A stretch of 64,000 bases of DNA, taken from Deltaproteobacteria bacterium. GTDB taxonomy: Bacteria > Myxococcota > Myxococcia > Myxococcales > 40CM-4-68-19. The stretch covers positions 18,173 through 82,172 of the forward strand of contig VBKI01000070.1 in the NCBI GenBank assembly GCA_005879535.1, given 5' to 3'. Positions 41,301-49,161 of this stretch are shown here, in pieces; positions within the stretch are counted from its first letter, which is position 1; every line of letters begins with the position of its first letter. A program made the position numbers and the translations under genes. The notes below the pieces were generated by a model. The model was not told the DNA's origin, made no database searches, and saw only the letters and a program-made list of their open reading frames with translations.

Positions 41301-41456
41301 CGGCATCCGCGGGATGATGACCTTCAGATCCTCGATCAGCTCGTCGCGCTTGCGATCGGCTTTGGCGTCGGCCTGGCGATCGTCCTGCAGCGCCGCGGGC
41401 GACGAGGCCGCCGGAGAGAGGGCAAGGAGGAGCGCTGCGAGCGCGCACAGCGTCAT
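38364..41456 (-). CDS. 1030-aa exported TPR protein (GltD/AgmU/NfsD-like)
   Basis: Signal-like N-terminus MTLCALAALLLALSPAAS. YbgF-like/TPR repeats throughout (FVPDAWVQTGEHFF, LYKLAWCDYN...). ATGA overlap with the upstream gene. Confidence 0.8.
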   Translation of the reverse strand: MTLCALAALLLALSPAASSPAALQDDRQADAKADRKRDELIEDLKVIIPRMPEGDRRADLYFQLAELWWEKARYAGLQEVRDHDDAVAKWADKREGEEPKLDTSRSDGYRREAIGLYQEVLDRYPAYERRDEVLFVAGHNLYESGNRDRGIAYYSALIAQYPKSRFVPDAWVQTGEHFFATNDLPRAREAFEKAASFHLPKLYAFALYKLAWCDYNAGAYGAAIAKFKEVIAYSEGEARGDRVQLRQEALKDIVLAYAHVDAIDGAVAYLAEKAGADSVEAIQRLAATYFDDGKFEQAIRVYRILQARAPGHAKAPAWQQKILLAYDKLNRRDQVVTEMNRLVGDYGPQSGWAKANTAEKGALAEARDLAEASLRELVQDYHQEAIKTKSAATYRLARDIYRQYLDTFPQSESTASMRFYYAEILYALEEWDAAAMEYGKVVEADPKGSQAQRAAYNAILALEKAVAIAKGKLKKRELADAAKVEERKDKGHVDRGAGKLRLETVTRDVQPEPIPENEQKLIAACDRYLRLASGAKDEIVIRYKAAFVFYERRHFVDAAKRFGEIILRWPTDSWSQKAAELSLDILNTRQEWQALSDLAQRFLRDSQLCPPGSKFQLETARVAEGARFKYAMQLYEEKKDFALAASEFRAFVARYPKSEYAPKALYDALLIADKGDELDVEIAAGEQLVREYSSADPAIVKLTIPALANACERAGRFPDAVRWYEEAQRRWPSDARAADWLYNAAIWREGVGDDAGALRDWQTWLKQYRSRPDAAKIAFNVGVILERQKDFRRAAEHWSSFHREWAGAATAGQLLLARYKQGLALRELKAPEAATVLADVPQRYARLAEADKAAAPLIDAAAHACFLAVEPSFSDFMAIHFRYLRQADLVYVLKVKNTRIARLLSAYGEVIAVGSPRWSEAAFARIGEAYRNFNKGLLDAPMPRGLDREQQELYRSMLESQALPLEDKAVEAFAKAIAISRTTGVYSEWVVKAQDLLREYQPDAYGDVHRPGFAESAPTRPVAPELTGGP

Positions 41457-42919
41457 TCGTCCCTCCCCGCCGGGCAGGCGTCCTTGACGGTGTAGCGGTA
41501 GAAGCCGATCTCGTCGGGCCAGTACTCGCCGTCGAACGGCCAGTACTCGTGTCCCTTGGGGGGAATCGCCGGCCGGAAGAGCCGCTGCGAGGCGAGCTGC
41601 GCGTCCGCGTCGAACCGCGTCTCCAGCATCTCCTTCTCGCCTTTGGTGGTCTCGAAGGCGATCAGCTCCCGGTCGCCCTGCAGCACGTCGATGAGGCGCA
41701 CCATGTCGGCGAGGCGGCCCTGGACGAACTTCCCGGCGAGCTGCGCGGAAAGCTCCTTCTGCGGGGCGATGGCGTCGAGCAGCTCGTCCTTCAGCGCCGA
41801 GCCGGCCAACCCCGGCTCGGCGCGGACGCGCGCCGCCTCGCGATCGAGTTGCTCGAGATAGGCGCGCATGGCGGACACGCGCTCGTTCTTCTGCAACTGA
41901 TGCTGCACCGCGGGTGGAAGGCGGGAATCGCCGGCGGACAGCATCCGCCAGTACTCGCCGAGCGGCAGGTCCGCCTGCAGGATGCTCTTCATCTGGTCGC
42001 GCATGGGCAGGTACTCGCGGTCGAACTGCGCGATCGTCGAGCGGACCTGCGGGTACAGGCAGCGCTGCTGGTAGAGGATCGCGGCCAGGTTCAGCGACTC
42101 GGGCACGAACTCGTCGCGCAGATGCGGCGAATGCAGGCTGTGCAGCTTGCCCAGCGCCGCGCCGGGATCGCCCTTCTGCAGATCCGCATAGGCTCCTTCG
42201 AACAGCGCCTCGTCCCAGTGCCGCGAGAAGCGCGGGAGCTTCTCGTACGCAGCGCTGGCCTCAGGGTAGCGATGCAGCCCGTAGAGCGTGCGCCCCAGGG
42301 CGATGAGGGAGAGCTCCCGGAGCTCACTGCCGGCGCGGGGAAGGGCCGCGAGAGCGCGGAATGTCTCTACCGCTTTCTCCGGGTCGGTCCGCTGCTGCAG
42401 CAAACCCGTCAGGTATCGGGCCTGGGGCGATGCCGCGCTCGAGTCGGGCACGAGGCGGACGAGGCGCGCCGCGTCTTCGTACCTCCCGGCGCGCCAGGCA
42501 AGGAGAGCGAGCGAGGTCCTGATCGCCGCCAGCCTCTCCGGTGCAACTCCATCGATACGGTCGCCGTAGATCTTCTCGAACAGGTTCGGCGCGACGACGT
42601 CGTCGCGAAGCTGCGACGCGGCGAGGGCTGCTCCGTCCACCGCCTTGAGCCAGTACGGGTGCGAAGGCCGGTCACGGACGATGGCGGCGTAGTGGAAGAA
42701 AGCGCCGAACTCGAGGCCGAGCCGCTCCAGCGACTGGGCGAGGAAGTACTCGGCCTGCGCGAGATCGGCCTCCGCCGTCGTGTCGAGCGCGCGGCGGAAA
42801 CCGATCGCCGCGCGCGCGTTGCGCCCTGCATTGAAATCCTGCATCGCGCTGCCCAGACCGGCGTCCTGGGCGGCAGCGGCCGCGGAAACGAGGAAGAGAA
42901 CGAGGGCGAGACGGCGCAT
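41453..42919 (-). CDS. periplasmic TPR-like protein (GltC/NfsC position)
   Basis: ATG at 42919 with signal peptide MRRLALVLFLVSAAAAAQD. Helical-repeat N-half, coiled-coil-like C-half. Confidence 0.75.
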   Translation of the reverse strand: MRRLALVLFLVSAAAAAQDAGLGSAMQDFNAGRNARAAIGFRRALDTTAEADLAQAEYFLAQSLERLGLEFGAFFHYAAIVRDRPSHPYWLKAVDGAALAASQLRDDVVAPNLFEKIYGDRIDGVAPERLAAIRTSLALLAWRAGRYEDAARLVRLVPDSSAASPQARYLTGLLQQRTDPEKAVETFRALAALPRAGSELRELSLIALGRTLYGLHRYPEASAAYEKLPRFSRHWDEALFEGAYADLQKGDPGAALGKLHSLHSPHLRDEFVPESLNLAAILYQQRCLYPQVRSTIAQFDREYLPMRDQMKSILQADLPLGEYWRMLSAGDSRLPPAVQHQLQKNERVSAMRAYLEQLDREAARVRAEPGLAGSALKDELLDAIAPQKELSAQLAGKFVQGRLADMVRLIDVLQGDRELIAFETTKGEKEMLETRFDADAQLASQRLFRPAIPPKGHEYWPFDGEYWPDEIGFYRYTVKDACPAGRDE

Positions 42920-42930
42920 GCGGGGCGTCC

Positions 42931-43767
42931 TCAGAAGAGCCAGCTCAGGCCGCCCTGGAAGGCGATGTTGTTGATCACGTCGGACGAAGGACGCGCGAGC
43001 AGGTCCTTCGCGGCGCCGGCGTTGAGCTGCGCCTGGGCACCCGGCGCTCCGAAGGCGCGCTCGTCGCATCCGGGAGACAGGCCGGTGGCGGTCTGGCCGT
43101 TCGCCTCGGCGGCCTCGATCCTGGCCGCCTCGTCGTGGTTGCAGCCGTTCACCTTCGAGACGTATCCGGAGTACGCAAAGTCCCTCACCTCGATGCGTAT
43201 CGTCAGCTGTTCGCTGAGGAAGACGCGGAGCCCGATGCCCAGCGACGCAATGGGGCGGAACCCGGTGTCGCCGAACGTGCGCCCGGTGACGGGGTCGGAC
43301 GAGGGCCGCAGCTGCACCCGTGTCTTCGCCGCGCCGAGCCCGCCGTTGAGGTACACCCCGAGCCGCAGGATCTTGCCGTCGAAGATGTTGAGCTTGCCGT
43401 AGACGGGCATCAGCTCGAGGCCGGCGAGAGCGGCGGCGCGAAGCAGGAACGCCTCGGCCGTTTCCGGCGCGACGCGCGCCTTGGTGAGCAGCTCTTCCGA
43501 GAGCGAGCTCTGCACCGAGATCGGGAAGTACCAGACGCCCAGCTGCGCGGCGAGGTTCTCGCGCAGGTGGTAGGCCAATTCCGCCGAGAGCCCGGCGTGC
43601 ACCGTGAATTTGGGATTGATCTGGGTATTGCCGAAGAACGACGCCTCCCAGCGGCCCGCCTCGGTGAAGGGACGCTGTTCCAGGACGTGGATGCGAACCG
43701 CATCCGGGTCGGTCTGTTGCGCCGCCGCCGCTCCGCAGATCAGGGATGCGATGAGGAACGTTCGCAT
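42931..43767 (-). CDS. outer-membrane beta-barrel protein (GltA/B / NfsA/B-like paralog 2)
   Basis: ATG at 43767 with signal peptide MRTFLIASLICGAAAAQQ. Shares blocks with the upstream paralog (GRWE, PVYGKLNIF vs PIYGKFNLA). Ends GGLSWLF. Confidence 0.75.
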   Translation of the reverse strand: MRTFLIASLICGAAAAQQTDPDAVRIHVLEQRPFTEAGRWEASFFGNTQINPKFTVHAGLSAELAYHLRENLAAQLGVWYFPISVQSSLSEELLTKARVAPETAEAFLLRAAALAGLELMPVYGKLNIFDGKILRLGVYLNGGLGAAKTRVQLRPSSDPVTGRTFGDTGFRPIASLGIGLRVFLSEQLTIRIEVRDFAYSGYVSKVNGCNHDEAARIEAAEANGQTATGLSPGCDERAFGAPGAQAQLNAGAAKDLLARPSSDVINNIAFQGGLSWLF

Positions 43768-43769
43768 GA

Positions 43770-44531
43770 TCAGAACAGGAACGAGACGCCGGCCCCGAAC
43801 GTCGCGACGTTTGCGAGGTAATGGCGGAGGGAACCGGTCGAAGGCTGCGTCAGGTCGTTGGCCGTCTTGTACGAGGAGCGGAAGAGATGGCTGCGGACCT
43901 CCGTCCGCAGGCTCCAGCGCTGGTTGAAGTAGAAGCGGAAGCCCGCGCCGAGGATGCCGACGGGATCGACGGAATCGCTCTGCTGGTAGCTCTGGCAGAC
44001 GCCGGTACCCGGATCGGCGCAGAGGTTGACGGACTCGCGATGGATTCGCGCGGCTCCGGCGCCCGCGAGCAGGTAAGCCTGGAAGTGCACCCGCAGCTCG
44101 GACGCGAGATTGAACTTGCCGTAGATCGGAGCGACGCGGGCGACCGCGAATGCGCCCCCGCGGAGCTGGTTGTCGTTCCTGAACTCGTCGCCGGTCTGCC
44201 CCTCGCTGCGCGGCCGCATGTCCGCCCGGACGTTGCGCGCCAGAGTGGAGAGCCCGGTCTGGTTGAGCAGCACCTCTCCCGCCAGGTCGAGCCATTCATT
44301 CGGGTGGTACGCGAGCGAGACCGTGCCGCCGAGCTGGTCGACCAGCGCCGTGTTCAGCGCGACGCCGAAGGAAGCGGCAGCTTCCCACCGTCCCGTCATC
44401 GGGTAGAGCTTGTGCTGCACTACGGTAGGAGCGCCGTCGGGGCCGTAGATCGATTCCTGCGCGCGCGCCGCGGGAGCGGCGATGACGCAGACGGCGGCGA
44501 GTAGCTCGAAAGGCAACAACCGGGCGCGCAT
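43770..44531 (-). CDS. outer-membrane beta-barrel protein (GltA/B / NfsA/B-like paralog 1), first gene of the cluster
   Basis: ATG at 44531 with signal peptide MRARLLPFELLAAVCVIAAPAARAQE. Ends AGVSFLF. The rest of the 1025-aa tracked ORF is antisense to the ATPase gene. Confidence 0.75.
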   Translation of the reverse strand: MRARLLPFELLAAVCVIAAPAARAQESIYGPDGAPTVVQHKLYPMTGRWEAAASFGVALNTALVDQLGGTVSLAYHPNEWLDLAGEVLLNQTGLSTLARNVRADMRPRSEGQTGDEFRNDNQLRGGAFAVARVAPIYGKFNLASELRVHFQAYLLAGAGAARIHRESVNLCADPGTGVCQSYQQSDSVDPVGILGAGFRFYFNQRWSLRTEVRSHLFRSSYKTANDLTQPSTGSLRHYLANVATFGAGVSFLF

Positions 44532-44717
44532 TCCTGGGTCTCCGCTTGGCGGTGGAAGCTGCTGCGCGCCCGTCCGCCCGGCAAGGTCGGGCGCCTGCCT
44601 GCCTGTCGCTTTCCGTCTTGCGTGCGGCGGACGGCGACGCCGGCGCACCTTCGCGCACTGCGGCGTACACCCTTGAAATTGTGGCCGCTTCGGAGTCGCG
44701 TGGTATCGATTTGACGC

Positions 44718-46904
44718 ATGGGGGGCTCTCAGAGCACCGGCGCTTCGGCGCCGGAAGCGCGCTTGCCCGACGCGAGCGTCGCGCCGCCGCCGCTTCTCGA
44801 CGGCATCGTCCGGGTGAAGGTTCCGGCGGACAAGATCCAGCCTTTCCTCACCCGCAGCGCGCTGTTCAAGAGCGCACCGAAGGACGTGATCACTCGCGTT
44901 TCCGGGCTGCTGCAGGGCCTCGAGTGTGCCGATGGCAGCGAGATCGTCACCGCAGGCAAGGTGAACGACGGGATCGGGATTCTCTATTCCGGCAAGGCGC
45001 AAGTGCTGTTGCCCTCGGCCGGCGGCGAATTGGCGCCCGTCGAGGACTTGCTGCCCGGCGACCACTTCGGCGAAGTGGGAGCGCTCCTCGGGAAGCCCAG
45101 CCCCTACTTCGTGATCGCGAGCGACTCGTCGCGCGTTCTCTGGCTGCCGTCCTCGGTCCTGCAGGGGATGATCGGCAACGTGCCGACGGTGGCGGAGGCG
45201 CTGGCGAAGCGGCTGACGGAACGGGTGGTGCTGTTCGCCGCGATGGAGAGACAGGGCGCGCCGGAGCTGATGACCGACATCGAGGCGCAGCTCCTCCAGA
45301 CGGTGGATCCTGCCGTTGAGGCGAGGCCGCTGCAGTCGATCGAGCCCGAGCCGGATCCGAGCGGGGTCGTCGCATTTGCCGAGCTGCGCGACTTCGATCT
45401 TTCGCCGTCCGTGCTCGCGACGGTGCCGACGAAGCTGATCCGCAGCTTCCGTCTCTTGCCGGTGAAGCTCGCCGGCAACGTCCTCACGGTCGCGATGGTG
45501 AACCCGCGCGACAACGCGGCGCTGGCCGAGCTCAGGCGAACGCTGCAGACGATGCAGATCGTGCCGGTCGCGATCGGGCTGGAGGACTTCAATTCCGCGT
45601 TGGTCCGGCTCAAGCTTCTCGACGATTCCGGGCCGAAGAAGTCCGGCGGTCCGCGCATCAACCCCGATTCCTTCCAGTTCGAGACCGTCGCCGAGCAAGA
45701 CCGCGCCGCCGACGCGCGCGCCGTGGGCGACGACGCGATCAGACTCGTCAACCGGATCATCGCCGCCGGCCTCGAGCGCGAGGCCAGCGACATCCACATC
45801 GAGCCGACCGCGCAGGGATTCCGCGTCCGCTTCCGCGCCAACGGCTTGCTGCAGGACTGGAGCGAGCCGATTCCGGCGACGACCTCGCTCAAGGGCGTGA
45901 CCGCGCGCATCAAGGTCCTCGCCGGGCTGGACATCACCGAGCGCCGGCTGCCGCAGGACGGCCGGATCGGCGTGACCACCGGCAAGCGCGAGATCGACCT
46001 CCGCGTCTCCACGCTTCCGGCGAACCGGGGCGAGAAGATCGCGCTGCGCATCCTCGAGGCGGCAGGGAGCACGCGGGCGCTGGAGCAGATCTTCTTGGAG
46101 CCGACGGTGCTGGCGGCGGCTCGCAAGGCGCTGAACCGGCCCTATGGCGGCATCGTCATCGCGGGCCCGACCGGATCGGGAAAGACGTCGTCGCTGTACG
46201 CGCTGCTCAACGAGCGCAAGGTCACCCGGCCTGACACCAACATCATCATGGTGGAGGATCCCATCGAGTACCGGCTGGCAGGCGTCACGCAGGTGCAGGT
46301 CAACGCCAATGCCGGCCTCGGGTTCCCCCAGGTCCTTCGCTCGATGCTGCGCCAGGACCCCGACGTCATCGTGGTCGGCGAGATGCGCGACGAGGACACC
46401 GCACGGATCGGTCTCGAGGCGGCGATGACCGGCCACCTGCTGCTCACCTCGTTGCATGCCAACCACGCCATCGCGGCCGTGCAGCGCCTGGAGAACCTCG
46501 GGACCGGCCGCGCACTGATCGCGCAGTCGATCCATCTCGTGCTGGTCCAGCGCCTGGTGCGCAAGCTCTGCTCCGCCTGCCGCAAGCTCGATCCGCCGGT
46601 GCCTGCGCTGCTCGAGTCCCTGGTCGCACGCAGGATCGTGGACAAGGGGCAGCAGACCCTGCCACGCGCGGTCGGCTGTGACGCCTGCGGCGGCACGGGT
46701 TACGTCGGACGCGCAGCCGTGGTCGAGGCCCTGCAGATCAACGACGCCGTTCGCGAGGCCATCGCCGCCGGACGGTCTCTGGCGGACGTGCACGACATCG
46801 CCACCGAGACGCGCGCCCTGACGCCGTTCATCGACTACGCCCGACACCTACTGCAGAAGCAGATCATCAGCGCCAGCGAAGTGCTGCTCTCGGTCGCGGA
46901 CTGA
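44718..46904 (+). CDS. GspE/PilB-family secretion ATPase with N-terminal cyclic-nucleotide-binding domain
   Basis: 728 aa. cNMP-binding-like region (FKSAPKDVI...GDHFGEVGALLGKPSPYFVIA). T2SSE_N-like domain (LIRSFRLLPVKLAGNVLTVAMVNP). Walker A GPTGSGKTSS. Asp/Walker B boxes (IIMVEDPIEY, VIVVGEMRD). His box LTSLHAN. Tetracysteine CSAC...CDACGGTGYVGR. Confidence 0.88.
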   Translation: MGGSQSTGASAPEARLPDASVAPPPLLDGIVRVKVPADKIQPFLTRSALFKSAPKDVITRVSGLLQGLECADGSEIVTAGKVNDGIGILYSGKAQVLLPSAGGELAPVEDLLPGDHFGEVGALLGKPSPYFVIASDSSRVLWLPSSVLQGMIGNVPTVAEALAKRLTERVVLFAAMERQGAPELMTDIEAQLLQTVDPAVEARPLQSIEPEPDPSGVVAFAELRDFDLSPSVLATVPTKLIRSFRLLPVKLAGNVLTVAMVNPRDNAALAELRRTLQTMQIVPVAIGLEDFNSALVRLKLLDDSGPKKSGGPRINPDSFQFETVAEQDRAADARAVGDDAIRLVNRIIAAGLEREASDIHIEPTAQGFRVRFRANGLLQDWSEPIPATTSLKGVTARIKVLAGLDITERRLPQDGRIGVTTGKREIDLRVSTLPANRGEKIALRILEAAGSTRALEQIFLEPTVLAAARKALNRPYGGIVIAGPTGSGKTSSLYALLNERKVTRPDTNIIMVEDPIEYRLAGVTQVQVNANAGLGFPQVLRSMLRQDPDVIVVGEMRDEDTARIGLEAAMTGHLLLTSLHANHAIAAVQRLENLGTGRALIAQSIHLVLVQRLVRKLCSACRKLDPPVPALLESLVARRIVDKGQQTLPRAVGCDACGGTGYVGRAAVVEALQINDAVREAIAAGRSLADVHDIATETRALTPFIDYARHLLQKQIISASEVLLSVAD

Positions 46905-47028
46905 GCCACTACCGCTCGCACGGCGAGCAGAACGGTCGCTCGACGCACAGCCGGCATGGTCCTTGTCGCTCTCACGGCGTACGCTCTATTCGTGATCTGG
47001 GAAGCTGTCCCAAAATGATGTGTGAGCC

Positions 47029-47643
47029 GTGACGAGCGGACTCGCCGGCGTCGACGGCTGCCGTAGTGGATGGGTCGTCGCGTGGGAAGGCGGCGTCCAG
47101 GTGCTTCCCACGTTTGCGTATGTTCTTTCCCGCCGCTTCGAGCTCGCGCTCATCGACGTCCCCATCGGCCTGCTCGAGGTCGGTTCCCGCCGATGCGACA
47201 CCGAGGCGCGTTCCTTGATCGGCGAGCGAAGGAGCTCCGTCTTTCCAGCGCCCTCCCGCAGCCTGCTTCGCTCGCGGCGGTACGCCGGGCAATGCTCCGT
47301 CCAGCTCTGGAACATCCTCGAAAAGATTCGTGAAGTGGATGCCTCCATGAAGCCAGCGCTGCAGCGCCGCGTCCGGGAGGCGCATCCGGAGGTCAGCTTC
47401 GCGCTGCTGAACGGCGGTCCGCTCCGTTATCCCAAGAAGCAGGCGGCGGGGGAAACAGAACGGCGGCTGCTGCTGCGCCCGGTCTTCGGCGAGGTGCCCA
47501 GGGTGCCGGGGACGGCGCGCGACGACGTACTCGACGCCTACGTTCTGCTCTGGTCGGCGCGCCGCGTTCTGCATGGGCAGGAACGCGTCCTCGGATCCGG
47601 CGAGCGCGACGGGCGCAGACTGAAGTGCGAGATCGTCGGCTGA
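47029..47643 (+). CDS. DUF429-like protein
   Basis: 204 aa, GTG start. GVDGCRSGWV ... IDVPIGL ... RRCDTEAR...SSVFPAPSR pattern recalled from the DUF429 family. Confidence 0.7.
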   Translation: MTSGLAGVDGCRSGWVVAWEGGVQVLPTFAYVLSRRFELALIDVPIGLLEVGSRRCDTEARSLIGERRSSVFPAPSRSLLRSRRYAGQCSVQLWNILEKIREVDASMKPALQRRVREAHPEVSFALLNGGPLRYPKKQAAGETERRLLLRPVFGEVPRVPGTARDDVLDAYVLLWSARRVLHGQERVLGSGERDGRRLKCEIVG

Positions 47644-47781
47644 GCGCGACCGAAAGGTACGCGGCGCAAACCGGATTATTCCCCTGTTCGAGATCCAGCA
47701 GCGCGACAGCTTGAGCTGCGGGCGAATGCGGTACCCTTGTGCGTCAACGTGTCTGAGCGCGTCGACGCGCGAGGAGATTGC

Positions 47782-48255
47782 ATGGCAGAAGAGAAACGCC
47801 CTGTAGCCATCGTCGCCGCGCCGCCCAGGACGAAGCCGACGGACTACCCGCAGCCCTTTGCATCGCGGATGAAGGGGCGGGTGAAGCGGCCGCTGGGGGA
47901 CTTGTTCGGGCTGAAGAATTTCGGCGTGAATCTGACGCGCCTAGCGCCGGGCGCGGTGTCGGCGCTGAGGCATTCGCATAGCAGGCAGGACGAGTTCGTG
48001 TACGTGTTGCAGGGGCATCCCACGCTGCGCACGGACGAAGGGAAGACGCGGCTGTCGCCGGGAATGTGCGCGGGGTTCAGGGCCGGGGACGGGAATGGGC
48101 ATCACCTCATCAACGAGACCACCGAGGAGATCGTGTACCTCGAGGCGGGCGATCGCACGCCGGGGGATGAAGGAAGCTATCCCGACGACGATCTCGAGGC
48201 GGTGCTCATCGAGGGCAGGTGGCAGTTCACGCACAAAGACGGAACGCCGTACTGA
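47782..48255 (+). CDS. cupin domain protein
   Basis: ATG at 47782 with GAGGAG RBS. HSHSRQDEFVYVLQG ... GNGHHLIN cupin motifs 1 and 2. Confidence 0.8.
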   Translation: MAEEKRPVAIVAAPPRTKPTDYPQPFASRMKGRVKRPLGDLFGLKNFGVNLTRLAPGAVSALRHSHSRQDEFVYVLQGHPTLRTDEGKTRLSPGMCAGFRAGDGNGHHLINETTEEIVYLEAGDRTPGDEGSYPDDDLEAVLIEGRWQFTHKDGTPY

Positions 48256-48267
48256 GCCCCGGGTCTG

Positions 48268-48918
48268 CTACTTCACCGCGGGGCGCACGATGACGACGGA
48301 CTTGTCGTGCCCCGGCACGCTGCCGCTGATCACCAGCAGGTTGTTCTCGGGAACCACGTCGACCACGGTGAGGTTCTGCACCGTCCGGCGATCGACTCCC
48401 ATGTGCCCGGGCATCCGCTTGCCCTTGAAGACGCGGCCCGGCGTCTTCCGCTGTCCGACGGCTCCCATGTGGCGGTGGTGCTCGTGGCTGGAGGCGGAGT
48501 CGCGCGCCGCGCCCTTCATGTGGTGGCGCTTCACCACCCCGGCAAAGCCAAAGCCGCGGGTGGTGCCTGTGACGTCGACCCGGTCGCCCTTCTTGAACAG
48601 GGCGACGGTGACCTGGGAGCCGACCGCGAAGTCGCCGAGATCCTTCTCCTCGACGCGGAACTCCTTGATCAGCCGATGCGGCTTCTGGCTCTTCTTCTTG
48701 AACTGGCCGAGGTACGGCTTCGTCTGCCGGCGCTCGGCCTTCTTTTCGTCGAGCTCGTCGAAGCCGAGTTGTAGGGCGGTGTAACCGTCGCGCTCCTGCG
48801 TGCGATGGCCGAAGACGAGATTCGGAGCGGCCTCCACCACCGTGACGGGGACCGCGCTGCCGTCGTCCGCGAACATGGTGGTCATGCCGATCTTCTTGCC
48901 GATGATGCCCTTCGACAT
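48268..48918 (-). CDS. rplC: 50S ribosomal protein L3
   Basis: 216 aa. GIIGKKIGMT N-terminus, VDVTGTTRGFGFAGVVKRH, GQRKTPGRVFKGKRMPGHMG, VIVRPAVK. No rpsJ or rplD flanking. Confidence 0.92.
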   Translation of the reverse strand: MSKGIIGKKIGMTTMFADDGSAVPVTVVEAAPNLVFGHRTQERDGYTALQLGFDELDEKKAERRQTKPYLGQFKKKSQKPHRLIKEFRVEEKDLGDFAVGSQVTVALFKKGDRVDVTGTTRGFGFAGVVKRHHMKGAARDSASSHEHHRHMGAVGQRKTPGRVFKGKRMPGHMGVDRRTVQNLTVVDVVPENNLLVISGSVPGHDKSVVIVRPAVK

Positions 48919-49145
48919 TGCGTTCTCCTCGCGTTTCCTACCGCGAACGTGCGCGCAGCATGCGGGGCAGAGGCTGCGGCGGCGGGCCGGAAAGCCGCGC
49001 CATGCGTAGGAGGTTGCGGTCCTGACGGTTCCCCGGTGCTTCGGGGGCCGCGGCTTCTAACACGCGGAACCTGGCGGATCAAGTTGGGCAAAGGCGTTCT
49101 CTCCCTTCCCCGCCGATCGACCAGGCCGCCGAGCGGTGCGCCTGG

Positions 49146-49161
49146 TGGCACGCCAGGTGCT
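49146..49161 (+). promoter_or_regulatory. candidate sigma-54 (-24/-12) promoter upstream of the lytic transglycosylase gene
   Basis: TGGCAC-gccag-GTGCT, versus consensus TGGCAC-N5-TTGCW (GG and GC correctly spaced, one mismatch). Lies 56 nt upstream of ATG 49217. Confidence 0.35.

Noticed and set aside
38430-41495. 1021-aa plus-strand ORF
   Set aside because: It is the exact antisense shadow of the GltD-like TPR gene. It has no motifs, and the minus-strand product has a signal peptide and coherent TPR repeats.
44532-46847. Upstream about 770 codons of the 1025-aa minus-strand ORF (43770..46847)
   Set aside because: It is antisense to the GspE-family ATPase, whose Walker, His-box and tetracysteine motifs are unambiguous. 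The genuine minus-strand gene begins at ATG 44531 with a signal peptide.
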